Shown here piece by piece: positions 1-13,917 of a DNA stretch of 64,000 bases. The notes beneath the pieces are model-generated. The model saw only the letters and a list, made by a program, of their open reading frames with translations. It was not told where the DNA came from and made no database searches. The position numbers were made by a program, and so were the translations under genes. The stretch comes from Balanoglossus misakiensis (taxonomy: Eukaryota; Animalia; Hemichordata): positions 3,333,957 to 3,397,956 of the forward strand of contig CM082591.2 of NCBI GenBank assembly GCA_040954595.2, written 5' to 3'. Each line of letters begins with the position of its first letter. Position 1 is the first letter of the stretch.

Positions 1-279
1 TCATTCTGAAATTACCAATTTACGAAGTCCATTTTTACATTTCCCATATCTGATATTTACTCAGATATTGTTATAACAGTATATAGCAGCACATTTGTTG
101 CTAATCAATTTATCTGGATGCTGTCATAAATCTTAATGTGTCACAACAGATCCAGCATTTATGGAAGAATCACATAAACCCAAAACACATAGACAGTTGA
201 GAAATTATTATGGCAAATATTGTGCACAGTGTAAGTATTTACATACTGTAGATTTCCGTGTAGATTTTGACACTTTTCT

Positions 280-510
280 TTGGAATTCTATAGAAGTACT
301 ATCAACATCTAAGGGATAGAACTCTAGAGAGCATTCTATAGAATTTCTATAAAATTGTATAGAATTTCTATGGACTTTCATAAATTTCTATGTAGTTTTG
401 GACCCTTTATCTTTTAATTTCTATAGAAGCATCAAAATCAAATTCTAGACAACATTCTATGAAATATCTATAGAATTTTATAGATTTTCTGAGGACATTT
501 TCTGTAAGGG
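280..510. repeat. Degenerate array of TTCTATAGAA-like palindromic units in a GRIN1 intron
   Basis: Many imperfect copies of (A)TTCTATAGAA(T) between about 284 and 490. Confidence 0.55.
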
Positions 511-539
511 TGATAATCTTTTTATTTGGATATCCACAG

Positions 540-3500
540 AATATCCACATGTCGTTCCTTCGCACGGTGCCACCCTACTCCCACCAAGCCCATGTATGGG
601 CAGACTTTCTCAAGCATTATGAATGGGAGAGAGTCGTGACCATCACGAGCAGTGACCAAGACGGCAGAGCGGTGCTCAGTGCTTTCAAACAGCAAGAGGA
701 AGACAGCGATGGTGAAATCAAGGTGAGAGAATGTGGTTCAAACTTGCATCATTTTGACAAAGTCTTGAATTTAAATCGGCTATAAACCGAACCCTGAGTG
801 AATAGTGTAGAATCAGCCCAGGGTACCATAGATCAGATTTTTGGAATTGCACGATTTTTCTCGATCTAACTGTCATATTTCTTAAATTTGTCAAATCATA
901 TTGCATACATTCCTGTTGCATTGATTTCCCGGAATTCTATCTTTCAGATCGAGGAATCGCTGGTGTATAAACCCGGAGGAGGGGATAAAAACAACATGAC
1001 AGAACTTCTCCTGAAAACCAACGAAGTACACTCCAGGGTGTTCCTGCTGTATGCAAAGTAAGTCCATATAAGGAATTTTTTCAGGTGCCGTCGTGTCTCT
1101 GTCTGCGTGTGAGTGGGACTTATCCTCATCTAATCCATCAGTGTACAGATTTCTGCCGATATCAGTTGTTGCTAGTTTAATCATGTAAGACCTGATTTCG
1201 TTCAAACAAGTATAGATATAAAATTACACCAATTCTGTTTGAAAAATTTCAAAATTTGAAGGTCGTTTGGATTGGACGTAATGTTTGTACACACGAAATT
1301 ACACACTTGCGCATAAGACGATCCTCAGCCTTCAAAGAATGGGATAAGAACTAAAGAAGTAGCTAGACTGGAATTAGATTCGTTTCTTGAGGGTGCGTGC
1401 TTTCCGTACGCAGACGGAGATTATGCAAATCACCCTTCAGCAACGAAACGGTCAGTCTGGAAGTTAATGACGAGTTCAGAGTACCGCTATATTACTCGTT
1501 CGTACTCAAGTTGATGTTTTCGACGTTTCGCAGCGAGGAGGACGCCATCGAGGTTTACAAAGCAGCCAGGAAGCTGAACATGACGGACAGTGGTAATGTG
1601 TGGCTTGTGACGGAACAAGCAATTACCGGGCAAGCATTAGAAGTGGCGCCTACAGGTTAGTTTGTAATCATAGCCATTTCCTGCAGCCACAGCAGCGTTA
1701 CATCATACTCGAAACTTCCAATTTTGTTCAGGCAAACTGCTGAGAAAATCTCGCTTTAACTCAATCCACTGTCAGTCTGGGCTAGTAAAATTACACATCT
1801 CCAGAGATGGGCCAGTATTGTGGCTCATTCGTTACCCATATTGCTATCAGACATAAGTCATAAGTTAACATATTTAACTACTGCAAGCACAGAGATGATG
1901 TTTTCTTTAATTACAAGTTATCCAATCTTACAGTATATAGTAAAATCGGTCTATACAGAACTCTATCTAATCTGGAAACCTGTCTATATCAAAGACATTT
2001 TTCAGTCCATTTGCATAGAACCTCATGTTAAAGAACACTTTTTCTCCATCGCTTTGGTGTCAAGTTTAGACAGGTTGACTATACCCTACATGTTCATATT
2101 TTCTAGGCATTGTTGGACTACGTCTGGTAAATGGCACAAATGAGCTTGCTCACATCCAAGACTCCATACATATTATCTACAAAGCGCTGGGGGAGCTTTT
2201 TGACAAGGCCAACAGCAACATCACCAGGCCACCAAGCAGTTGCAGAGGCACTGAGAAATACTGGACGAGTGGACCTCTCTTTTATAAGTAAGTCGTGTGA
2301 TGATGGTGGCGAATAATAAACGGGTGCCACACCCATTTATTCAGCCGCACATTGCAAGAGGATACAACTATCGTGCTATGCACACATGGGTTTTAAAGTC
2401 AAAATAGTGTCATTTATCGACTAAGGATAAGTAGAAGATTGAAGTTTTTTATGAATTAAAAATATGGTAAAAGTCACAGCTATGGGGCTTTAATATGTAT
2501 ATTATCAGTGATCTCATTTTTTCCTTTGCTCTCTCGGAAGGTATCTGCTGAACGCATCACTTCAGAGTGGAGAGACGGGCAGAGTGGAGTTTGACAGGAA
2601 CGGCGACCGGTTGTCCTCCCAGTACGAAATCGTCAACATCGTCAACGGAGAAGACTTGGTGGTAGGCACGTGGCCGGGGACCAAGGAGAGACCGGTGAAG
2701 ATGGAGCGTCCCATTGTGTGGCCGGGGGGAGAGGAGGCCATCCCAGAGGGCTATCAAATTGCCAAGAGACTGGAGGCAAGTGATGTTGCCATTGATTGTA
2801 AATGTTGTAAATAAATTACTATCAAGCAGATTTTTCTTGCAGAAGAAGTGGATGTAACTTTAAAGAAAAGAAGTTTAAAAAATTGATGTCGTTAAAGGGA
2901 CTGTGCCTTAGTCTTCTAATGACCATGTGGTGGCACACTTTTTTGTGTGGACACCCAAGTGAAAATCTTTGATTGACAAGATTGCCACTTTCCATGATAA
3001 CTACTGGTACAGTCATATTTGACTGTGTACCTTTAAGGTCTGAAACTGGTGATTCACCAACAACTCCCAAGAATGCGAAAAGTAATTAACTTTGTCCCGT
3101 TAATATCTCATCATTCTCTCTATTTTTAATTATCTCATATTTAGGTCGTCACAATCAGAAGCCATCCATTTGTGTTTACCGATCCAGTGGGTCCCAATGG
3201 TGAATGCCCAGACAGTAATCAAATTAAATGTCAGGGATCGAATCAAACAGATTCAGGTGAGCTATAGGCTGTCAGTCAGAACCTATTAAAGGGACAGCTC
3301 CGTCAAAACTTAAGTAAAGACTAACCTCTTTGTTCAAATGTGATTTGCATATAAAACTACCAAAAAGGTAATGTCTGTTTATATTTCCGTTTTGTTTTCT
3401 ACAGAGCCGATGTATTGCTGCCGTGGATTTTGCATTGATTTGCTGAACAAGTTGGCCGAAAAATTGAACTTCACGTATCATGTGCACTTGGTAGCTGATG

Positions 3501-6500
3501 GGCATTATGGAGCACAGGAAACTGTGAGTGTATATTGTATATACACTTACAAGAACATCAAAGTTTGTAGTTAGTAGCAAGAGTTGCTTTAGCCAGTAAG
3601 AAAACCTCTGCCTGAAGTGAAGATGACAATTGAGAAATGAAGCTCGCAATGGAGCCTGAACAACATACAGTTGTAATAAATTTTCACCCTAAACAAATTT
3701 AACCAAAATAAGATCAAAATGTGGTTATTTATGGGAACTGAATTCACGGTTATGAGACATGCCGAGATTGAATTTCTTTGGGTTTGTATGCACAGCTGCT
3801 CAGGTGGTAAATGTCACATGTGAATCACATAATGCTTAATGGAAACAACGCTTTACAGCCATACTTTTGCATGTCCTCATCAATCACTCCGTTTATTGCG
3901 CCTACTTTAGAGCCAACAGCCACATCATTATTATAACATTTTTTCTCGCAGGTGAATGGGACGAATGAAAAGAGGTGGAATGGCATGGTTGGCGAGTTAC
4001 TGGACGGGAAAGCTGACCTAATTGTGGCGCCGTTAACGATCAATAACGAAAGGGCTCAGTACATAGATTTCTCAAAGCCTTTCAAATATCAAGGCTTGAC
4101 TATCCTTGTCCGAAAGGTAAGTGGATATATGATTAATGAAGTCGGCCATTTTGCATGACCTTTGACCTAGCAATATGGCTGCCATTAGATAATAGATGGA
4201 TCACAACACGTAGATTATATATAATATAGGCAACGATCTAGTAACAATGGCTGCTTGTTCTAGACATGATTTCAACACCATGCATCTTGGCAAATTCAAC
4301 AAGATTTGTTCCTTTTCAGATTAAAATCTGAGCTCTGGTTGGAAGAGTAGTTACAAATACACTATCATGATTATGTATGTAACGTAGAAATCTGAATCCG
4401 AACTAATTGCTGTGCATCTGTTGATCCCAGTTAACTTTTATGATCCGTATGAATAATAAAAACCTTTAACTATATCCTTAGCATTCCAGAGTTACTTGTA
4501 TTTAAGATTCTTATACTATGTGAACATACCTTGTTAGTCATTATCCAGTCAAACAAGTCTGTGAAAATTTGAATTAATTTGCATATTATGAAAATACTTT
4601 TTGTTGCATATCAACACAAATTGAGCAAAATGTAATCTCTCTTTTGTGTTTGGGTCAAAAATAATTTGTAAATTTGTTATTTGAAAACTAAAATGTTGGT
4701 TAAGAAAGTTTTCTCATTAATATGCAAATTAATGCAATTTTTTTTAGGCTTGTTGGGCCAGATCATGACATGATTGGTAGATACATAAACTATTGTCCAA
4801 TCCTTCCCTCTGACAGTGCATCCAAGCAGCTATCCACGCATAAGACATAATTTTAATGATACGCAATAACACAGTAGTTTCAGTATAAACAATTGCTCCA
4901 TCCAGTATGTCACTTTCAGGGAATTTAGAAATAATATATAAAAGATAGAATTTTAAATGCAATGTTTTTTGTTTTGTTTTAAAATTGTTGTGTAGTAGAT
5001 TTTAGATATGTATTGAGGCACACCCCTCTTTTTGCAATCACAGTAGAATAGACTTGATCTTTTGTATGGCATCGGTGGTTCCATTCTGATAACACGGGGG
5101 AGGGAGGGGGGATTTTGATTAAAGTCGACGGCGATGATGATTAAAGTGATTTGAAATTCAGTGACGCGGAATACGACAGCAAGATATGAGAAACACATCA
5201 ATGAAGGCAGTTCATCTATTGGGACTTTTCTTCTGCTCTTGTGGAATTTTCTAAACTCTCCTGCGAAAACTGCTTTTAATGTGCCGGTTTTTTTTTTGCG
5301 TTCGCTAAAGTTCATGCTTCCCATCATGCCTACATTTCACTCTCTCCCATATTTGCATTTTTGATTTTTTGTGTACTTTTGCTGTTGTTTTTTCGGTTCG
5401 TCAGTCTTTTCATGAAAAGTCTGTCTTGAATTGAATTAAATTTGTATTAAATTGGACGATGAAACCTTTTGGATTTGAACTGTAATACGATAACACTTTA
5501 AATTTCAGGGCTTAACCTTCCGTACAAAACAGGTGAGTTCTGTCATGTCTTCTAGAGTAATCAATGTGATTTCGTTATAAAGTTTATTTAGCACAGAAGT
5601 CAACCTCGCTTTGTCACTGTCAAATAAAATTTACAGAAAATATCAAATTTTTGTTGATTTGTTTTGTTTGTTTTTTAGCAGCAAGACAATATTACCCTTA
5701 TCAGCAAAAATTCCCTGGACACTGGAACTGTGATTTGGTTCCTGTTAATGATATGAGTTACACATTTGAATAAAATTGTTAAAAGAATACATGAATGAAT
5801 GTTTTTTGACAGGGTGAAAAATTATAACTGATTATGGATTATGATTATAAAGCGTGACATATGTTGTCAAGGTAATAATCTCTTGGACTAAAACTGACGC
5901 TATTGTTGAACATTTTGAAGTCAGGTTTGGTTTGTAAGTGGAGGGTTAGATTCTGTGTATTTACATCGAAAACCCACAGTACTTTACTGAAATATTAAAA
6001 TGGACTTTGTTTATTGAAATATACCTAGTTGTTTATTAAGTGAAAGTATATTTATAGCCACACGTTTTATACAAATGATTGATCTGCATATTTCACAACA
6101 GATGTTTAAATTTAGAATAATAAGTATACAGTAATTGATTGTTTTTATGCAAAAATAGATGTGACAGTCTATCATTAATGTCAGATACGAAATTGGCAAA
6201 AAAATCCTATTAAATTATTTAATGAAAAGGTCATGCATTTATCACAGATCCAATCTGATGAAATGATGGATGTTGATATTACATTGTCGATCATGTGCAG
6301 GTTAGAATGGACGAGTATAAAATTGAGTTTCAGTGCCTGGTATAAGTTTCAGACTATTTTGGAATTTAAGCTGAGTTTAAATTATCTCTCAATGTTGTTT
6401 TTCTCATCACTAAAACCAAATCACAATTTCCATGTTCTTTTTTCATCTGTGCATCTTCAGTTGTCGTCAGTGTTATCATAAACATGCTCTTTTTTTGCAA

Positions 6501-9500
6501 GGCATTCCTAAAATCTTGCCATCCGCTCTCTTTCGCGCTCTATATTTTTTGGATAATCATTAGTTCTTATTTCTAAATCTGATATCTTTCTACTCTATGC
6601 TGTTGTGTTTTTTTCAGCTGTAGACTAGGAATTTCCCATAATGCATTGTTGGTGTATTTCTTTGTCGTATGCTAATAAGGCATTTTCTGGTTACTACGAG
6701 CACCAAATTTTAGAAGGTACTGCCAGTAAATATACGGCTAATTTTAAAGTAGCTGTGACAGAGACAAAAAATGCCTTCTCTGATAAAGACAGAAATATGT
6801 GTACTTCAGGCTACACGTGGAATTTGAAACTTTTTTCGCCTAATTAGGCATCATGTCCCCACTGTAGAACCCCAATTTTGCTGTCTGAGCATTTAAGAAA
6901 ACCTCACTGTCAGAGTCTACTTTTCGAGTCTGTCAAAACAGCAATGATTAATATGAAATGATTCAAAACGTGACATCTGTTTGATGTAACTTATATAACA
7001 TCAATCTCATAGCCAGAATCTAATTTTCTCACGAAATTCAGTTATGATGTATATGTTCATTACCGGTGAAACTATTCATTATCAGACTTCCCTAGGGGAT
7101 CACTGCCTAAACCATTATTATGGTAATTATAAATCGACACCTGCAGATGGTAGCTTGCGCATTAATAGAATTTTCTTGTATTATGAGATTCCTGAGATAT
7201 CAGCGAGCTGAAAGCTGAAATCATGATGTCACGCACTCACACACACGCGTGTCGTGTAGCGATAACATCATGAATACAGCTGCCATCTGTTCAACTTATT
7301 TTTAATTTTGTTTCATTCAAAATATGCCTGTGTTCACGCCGACGGATAATATCCTGATATAATTGATTTCTAGGTGCGACCCTCACCCGACTTTATACAC
7401 ATACATGTATTTCTGTAGAACGATGTACTGGTGACTGAATTTGACTTGAACGCAGTTGCCAAGAGCAACAGACTGCACTTGACTGATAATTTGTACATTC
7501 ATGGGGATTTCTTCCTGCTTTGGAGGGTATTACTATCAGTGTTGGTATTGGGTTCGGACAGAGGAGAAAAATATTGAACAATCGGAAGTTACAGATGGTG
7601 GACTTTTTTCACATTTAGTGATGAGGCCCGTTTTGTGTGAACGACAGCAGGCCATTTGTCAGTTCTTGATGTGGGCGATTCTTTCAATGGAACAAAAGGC
7701 TGAATATGTCAAAATATGGCATCTGAACTGTTTTTGTGAAAACGTATGGCAGTAATGAGAAACTGGACATCTGATTGTTGACCTAAAATTTCAGAGATGC
7801 AATTACCGTGAACAATTCTATTATTCAGTTCTCATTTAATTTTTTTTTTAATGGTGACATATGGCAGGTATGAGACACTAAATACGTGGTTTTGTCCTCA
7901 AATTTCAGAGTTGCTATTACCATGTACAATTGTGTTATTCAGCTCTCTTTACCTCATCCCACCAAGAAAATAATCACCATGAAATGAGATGAGCCTAATT
8001 AATAAAGGAAGAGAATGCACGTAGTTGGGGTTTGCACACACGATGGCCAATATTGAATTGTGAGGGCTCCCTCCATATGTTATTGGATTAACCAGATGTC
8101 CAATAAGCCCTCATCCATCATACAGTACGGATATTACAGAACTTAGTGTGCCTAAAACATGACCTAAAACTTAAATGATCAGTCGAGATACATGTACAAC
8201 AAAAATAATTAACACTCATTATTAAACTGGTTATTTGTGTGCTATGGGTTGCAGTGTCTAACAACTCTCTGACAATAATTTGCTGTGGCACATGTACGGT
8301 ATACCAATGAATTTGTCAAAGGGAGTTAAAGGAAAATTTTTAACCAAACGATATATTCTATACTCAGAGTTCTTGACATTGATCAAATAACATAAATTCT
8401 ATAAATTTTCAGTTTCACCACAGTGTCATGACTTATATGGCTGACATGTTTATTTGAAAACCAGACAGGCCAGTTCTAATTTTGAACAAAAACGATAAAA
8501 AAAATGACCATGGATTTGTCAATCGGGTTGACATCTGTCCGTGCTTTAAGCAAAATTCCACGTTTTAGTGAAAATCACCATCTTTTTCCTCTTTTGTTGC
8601 AATCACTAGGAGGACTCTGGCAGCAGTTTGACGTCGTTTCTGCAACCGTTCGAAATCGCCCTCTGGCTTCTGGTTGGCCTGTCTGTTCACGTGGTGGCCT
8701 TGATTCTGTATCTGCTGGATAGATTCAGTCCCTTCGGTCGCTTCAAACTGGCCAATGAGAGCGGGGAGGAGGAGGATGCGTTGAATTTGTCGAGTGCTAT
8801 GTGGTTCTCTTGGGGGGTGCTCTTCAACAGCGGTATCGGAGAAGGTAAGAAGTTTTTGGACGTTCTCACCGGGATAGTTCAGGATTTTGGAACAGATCAA
8901 AGCAAGCCCTTTATAAAAGTTCCGGAAAAGTGAAATCTAGGATCAGTCATGATTGATTTATTCACCTTTCCGCGGTACTGTTTCAGAGTAGCGACTAACA
9001 ATCTTTGAGCATTTATGATTGTGTGAGGAAATACTATGATGACAGCGGTATCGGAGAAGGTAAGGAGTTTTTGGACGAACTCACTGGGATTGTTCAGGAG
9101 TTCGGAACAGCTCCAAGCAAGCCCTTTAAAGTTCCGGAAAAGTGAAATCCAGGATCAGTCATGATTGATTTATTCACCTTTCCGTGGTACTGTTTTAGAG
9201 TATTGACTAACATTCTATTTGCATTTGTGATTGTGTGAGGAAATACTCTAATGTCTCAAGATTCAATATTTTCTATCTTTGATTTTTTGTGATACTAAAC
9301 CAACACACCACACATCATGCAGTATTAAGAAAATTTTATCTGTGATCACCAAACCTGGTAAACTCTTTATCAGGGGATTTTTATCACTTTCCCTAACCGA
9401 TTTGTTTCTTTTCAGGAACTCCGAGAAGTTTTAGCGCCCGTGTCCTAGGAATGGTGTGGGCTGGCTTTGCCATGATCATGGTGGCCTCGTACACTGCCAA

Positions 9501-11388
9501 CTTGGCAGCCTTCTTAGTATTAGACAGACCTGAAGCCAGTATCACAGGCATCAATGACCCTAGAGTAAGTGAGTTATGCACTCAAATCTTCTCTGTTCAG
9601 ACTGGATAAAATTTGATGTTAAATTGTGTATTCTTTTTACTTTTCAGCTGCGAAATCCTTCTGATGATTTCGTCTACGCCACAGTGAAGGGCAGCTCGGT
9701 GGAGCAGTATTTCCGTCGTCAAGTTGAATTGTCTTCCATGTATATGTTTATGCAGCCAAAAAATTACGACAATGCCAGTTCAGCAATCACCGCTCTCAGA
9801 AATGGGTAGGTTTTTTAGCCTCAAAGTATCCAGAATTTTTCCCCTCTGCTGTCTGGATATCACATTGTGAATATTTAAAGGTACACTGCACATGCATATT
9901 TAACCACAGTTACCATGGGAAGTTGAGGTGTAGCCAATCACAGGTTTTCAGTGGTTGGCCACGCTAAATCATATGCACCTCTAAATGGCCAATCAAAGAC
10001 TTATACACAACCTTTTTGAACAATATATGGGCATATTTAAATTGGAGGTGAATGTAAATCCTTTAATTTATGGCATATTGTTGGCAGTGAGAGGATGGCT
10101 TGGAATTTTTTTCAAGATCACGAAGATTTCGTTTCTGGCTTTGAAATTTCAGCCATCTTGATGCGTTTATCTGGGACTCGGCCGTCCTGGATTACGAAGC
10201 GGCCAGAGACTGCAACCTGGTCACTGTCGGAGAGTTGTTCAGTCGGTCCGGCTTTGGCATCGGCGCCAAGAAAGGCAGTCCGCTGGCCCAGAAGATCTCC
10301 CTCAACATTCTTCACTTCCATGAGAGCGGAATCATGGAGAGTCTGGATTCCCAGTGGATCACATTCCAGCATTGTGATGTGAAGGATAACCAGCCGGCAA
10401 CACTTGGTTTGAAAAACATGGCGGGTAGGTTTAAAGCTCCGGAAGTCGAATGTCAAAATTATTTCCGTAATTTTGTTTTAAAACTGTGATGTTATAATAA
10501 TTGTATCTAGGAAGAGATGAGCTTATTACTTCATATAGAAGAAATGCATAGGTTTATAATTTGAATGTTGAGGTACAATTTTGGGGTGTACCCCAAAATA
10601 TGGCCACCGTACATTTTCACACAGTGGACTATCTAACTTTGATTCTGTGTCCTAGCAGGACCTGCAGCATTAAAGATTGACATTCTACTGAGCTTCAATG
10701 TGATGTTATTTGCAGGTGTGTTCATCCTGGTTGCCGGCGGTATCTTTGCCGGGATCTTCCTCGTCTATATTGAAATCTTTTACAAGAGACATCAAGACAT
10801 GAAAGAGAAGCAGATCAAACTGGCCAAAGCTGCTGCAGAGAAGTGGAGGGGAAATGTTGAAGTGAGTAAAAAAAGAGAGTCCAAAAATACTGTGTACTCT
10901 TGCAATGGGCGGCTGAGTAAATAATAGGTGTGGCACCCATTTATTATTTAACTTGTCCACATTTAAATGTACAGCCATATTCAGAGGTTGATAATTATGT
11001 TTTTGTATATTCATTAGTTAGCTCATTTGAATGGGCCATTCCCTTCCCTTCCCTTCCCTATGTTCGAAAGTAAATCATGAAAATAATGCAAAAAAATGGC
11101 AGCTATTGGCCCTTTAACCTTTGTATGTGCTACTTAACAATGACGTGCCGTTTTTGTGTGTGATGTTTTTTGCAGAAACGGAGGACACTGAGACAGCAAC
11201 AGAAGAAGAGTGAAGGCAAAGAGAAAAAGAACGGGAATGCGGAGAGCCCTCTGCAGTCGCCGCAATCCTTGAACGGCACAGATCTGGAAAATCAGCCGGT
11301 ACCATCACTTCTCACGCTCCACACCCGGATCAAAGGAATGCGGCAGAAACCGGCAGACGAACACGTGATGGAAGAAAACATGGTTTGA
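540..11388 (+). CDS. GRIN1: NMDA-type ionotropic glutamate receptor subunit 1 (5'-partial, multi-exon; start lies upstream of the window)
   Basis: Exons about 540-722, 948-1057, 1534-1655, 2107-2287, 2541-2775, 3145-3256, 3405-3523, 3952-4116, 8610-8844, 9416-9564, 9648-9805, 10153-10424, 10716-10861, 11176-11388 splice in frame. They encode NR1 hallmarks: [43 protein letters not shown], pore loop [30 protein letters not shown] and M4 [10 protein letters not shown]. Confidence 0.96.
8827..9247 (+). repeat. Tandem duplication (~210 bp x2) of the GRIN1 M2 exon end plus the following intron start
   Basis: 8827-9035 and 9042-9247 align end to end (ACAGCGGTATCGGAGAAGGTAAG...GTGTGAGGAAATACT) with scattered substitutions and small indels. 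Confidence 0.92.
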
Positions 11389-13917
11389 AACAAGTCGCCT
11401 GATTGGACAGTTTTGTTTCAGCCTCTGCTGTGATTGGCAGATGTTTTCACGGTGATGCAAATTTTTTAGGGAAGAGGGGATCTGTGACATGTTAGTGTTC
11501 AGATTTCATGAACGTGGTCGACTTTAAGTGCAGATTTCATATGGTTGAATTTTTTTTGCCATACAGAAAATGGAAAACGAAAAATCTTTCTTTGCTGGAG
11601 CATTGAAGCTAGGCAATATTTTTTTCAATCTAAGGTTTTATGTAACGTGAAAAGTCGTCAGATTTTTCTATTAAAGTCAGTATAAACATCAATAACTGTG
11701 GAATGAAGTTGGACAATTTTAATGCAGCGAACTTCTCACAACCGAAAATATTTACAACTTACGTTAAGGGGAACTGACACAGGAATTGCAATTGACGGAA
11801 AACGAACGAAAGAAATTTGATTTCTAACTGAGAGTTATTCGTGCCAAGCAGTGATTCACTTCTTGGTGTTGAATCTGAAAAGGCCAGTTTTGAGGTCAAC
11901 GACCTCGGGTGAAAGAGCATACGACGCCATGAGGGCGCACTTTGTCTCGGTAATAATGATATCAATTCAGAGATTACAGTAATTGTAATTCATTGCAGGC
12001 AATGTTTAGACGTTTTCAGCTCACAATAGTGTGTGAGACCAATGTAAGATCATAGTTTTACGAGACTTCAGAACATACATGTGTACAAATGTATCTACTT
12101 GTTTTTCAGAAAATTTGTAGTTTACCTAGTTTAATCTTTTGCATAATACATTTATCTATCGACAACTTGTGTAAGATTTATGTGGAATATAGCATCAAAA
12201 TAACAATTTAACAGTCAAAGTCAAGCTTTTATAATCAGTTCTTGGCATTTTCTGGGGTTACCCAAAATATTAAAAAATAACATCTCAAAAACTACTTCAC
12301 AAAGTATAAATTAATTCATAAAATGGACACCACCTTCACCAGTTGAAGTTAGTATTTAACTGTTTCATACAAGTTTTTTTCTTTCTTCGTGTGTTTTTAT
12401 TTAATGTGCTTAAGTATTTATTTTATTAATTAATTAAATTATTTATTTATTTTTATTTATTCATGTATTTCCCTTGTTTGGTGGAATGTAGCTAAACTTG
12501 AACTAAATCAATGATACTAGCTAATTAGCAGTATTTGCAAAGTCAAAATTGCAATACTACAGCCTTTCTTCCATTTTATGATTTTTATGTTTATTAAGAA
12601 CTAAGGCCATGGTTAAACCATCTTCCAAACTAAAGTCACCACAGAATGGAATTACTTTCTGATGGCGATCAGTTTCTGTTTCGAGTCCAAAATAGCTTTC
12701 CAGTACAATCCTCAACTGGGTCTCTCGCTAATAATAATTTACCAAACTGTACTTAGTAAGCAACCTACCAGATAGTAGATAACAACATTCTCATACATAT
12801 TTACCATTATGTCATCAAAATTTATATACAATTAATATAGGGACAGTGAGAGATGAGCTCCAATGACAGATGCTTTAAGATTTCAGTATTAATTAATTCA
12901 GAAGTATTCAAAAACGTATAGAAAAATGACTTGTCATTTTCATAGAAGCCTCGTGAAGTAACTGACTTTTGCTTTTTGATTTTTTCCATATTGAACTTCC
13001 ATCAGTCACCAGATTTTGTCGAAGACGACTTCACAGTGCATGTACCTGTATCTTTCTGTTTACATGGAGGGTAATTTTGGGGCAGTGTTTAGTAATGCAC
13101 TCGCATACCACAAGGTCATCACAGCTTGGAGTTTGAAAAACGCACAAAAATTACCGTAGATACTTTCTACTAGATGCGCATTCTAGATTTGAAGGCATAT
13201 AGGAATAGGGTTGTTCAGAAACACAGCCAGGTATTGACTGGGACTCCATATGTATGATATATTGGACTCACCTCTTTGTCCAAAAACATCATGCTACGTT
13301 GGGTCCATATTTTATGAACAGATCTGTACTACTTCACAGCCTAGTCCTGGTGGCCTGCATCTAGCTGCGCTGTCCTAAGGAATAGGGTTGTGTACGTGTA
13401 TACATTGCCATTTTGCTTAACTATTGCTGGGCAATATGGCCGCCGTTGCATCACTTCAAGCCAACTGCCACTATGAAAGCAATGCAAGTTTGTTTTATTC
13501 GTTAATTTGAATTTTGAACAGCCCATACACAGACATCTGGTATGTTCACCAATCAGAGTGCTTCATACTTGTACTTTGGCCAATCAAAGGCCTAGATAGA
13601 AAGAATGGCACATACATGACCCCTTTTTTGTCAGCACAGTGACAAGCAGGTCAATTAATGAACAGACTACTTCAGCACTCAGCTGTGGTGTTTCCCATAC
13701 AGCTAGAATGTTTAAACTAAACCTGTTTCATTACATAATTTGTGCTTAAGTCAGTAATTGTCATTTGCATTAGAATTTTAATTTCAGCCCTGTGCATTAC
13801 ATATTAAATACCTCATAGATAAGTTGTTGTTTTTCGCCCAATCAAGGGCCTTTTACAGTGATTACGTAAATTTCATTTTAGTGTACATTTTCTGATCCGA
13901 CCAATAAGCAGAGATAA

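Noticed and set aside
4156-4168. Perfect DR1 (TGACCTTTGACCT) in a GRIN1 intron
   Set aside because: It is a single site, and TGACCT-type words are frequent in this window; there is no supporting context.
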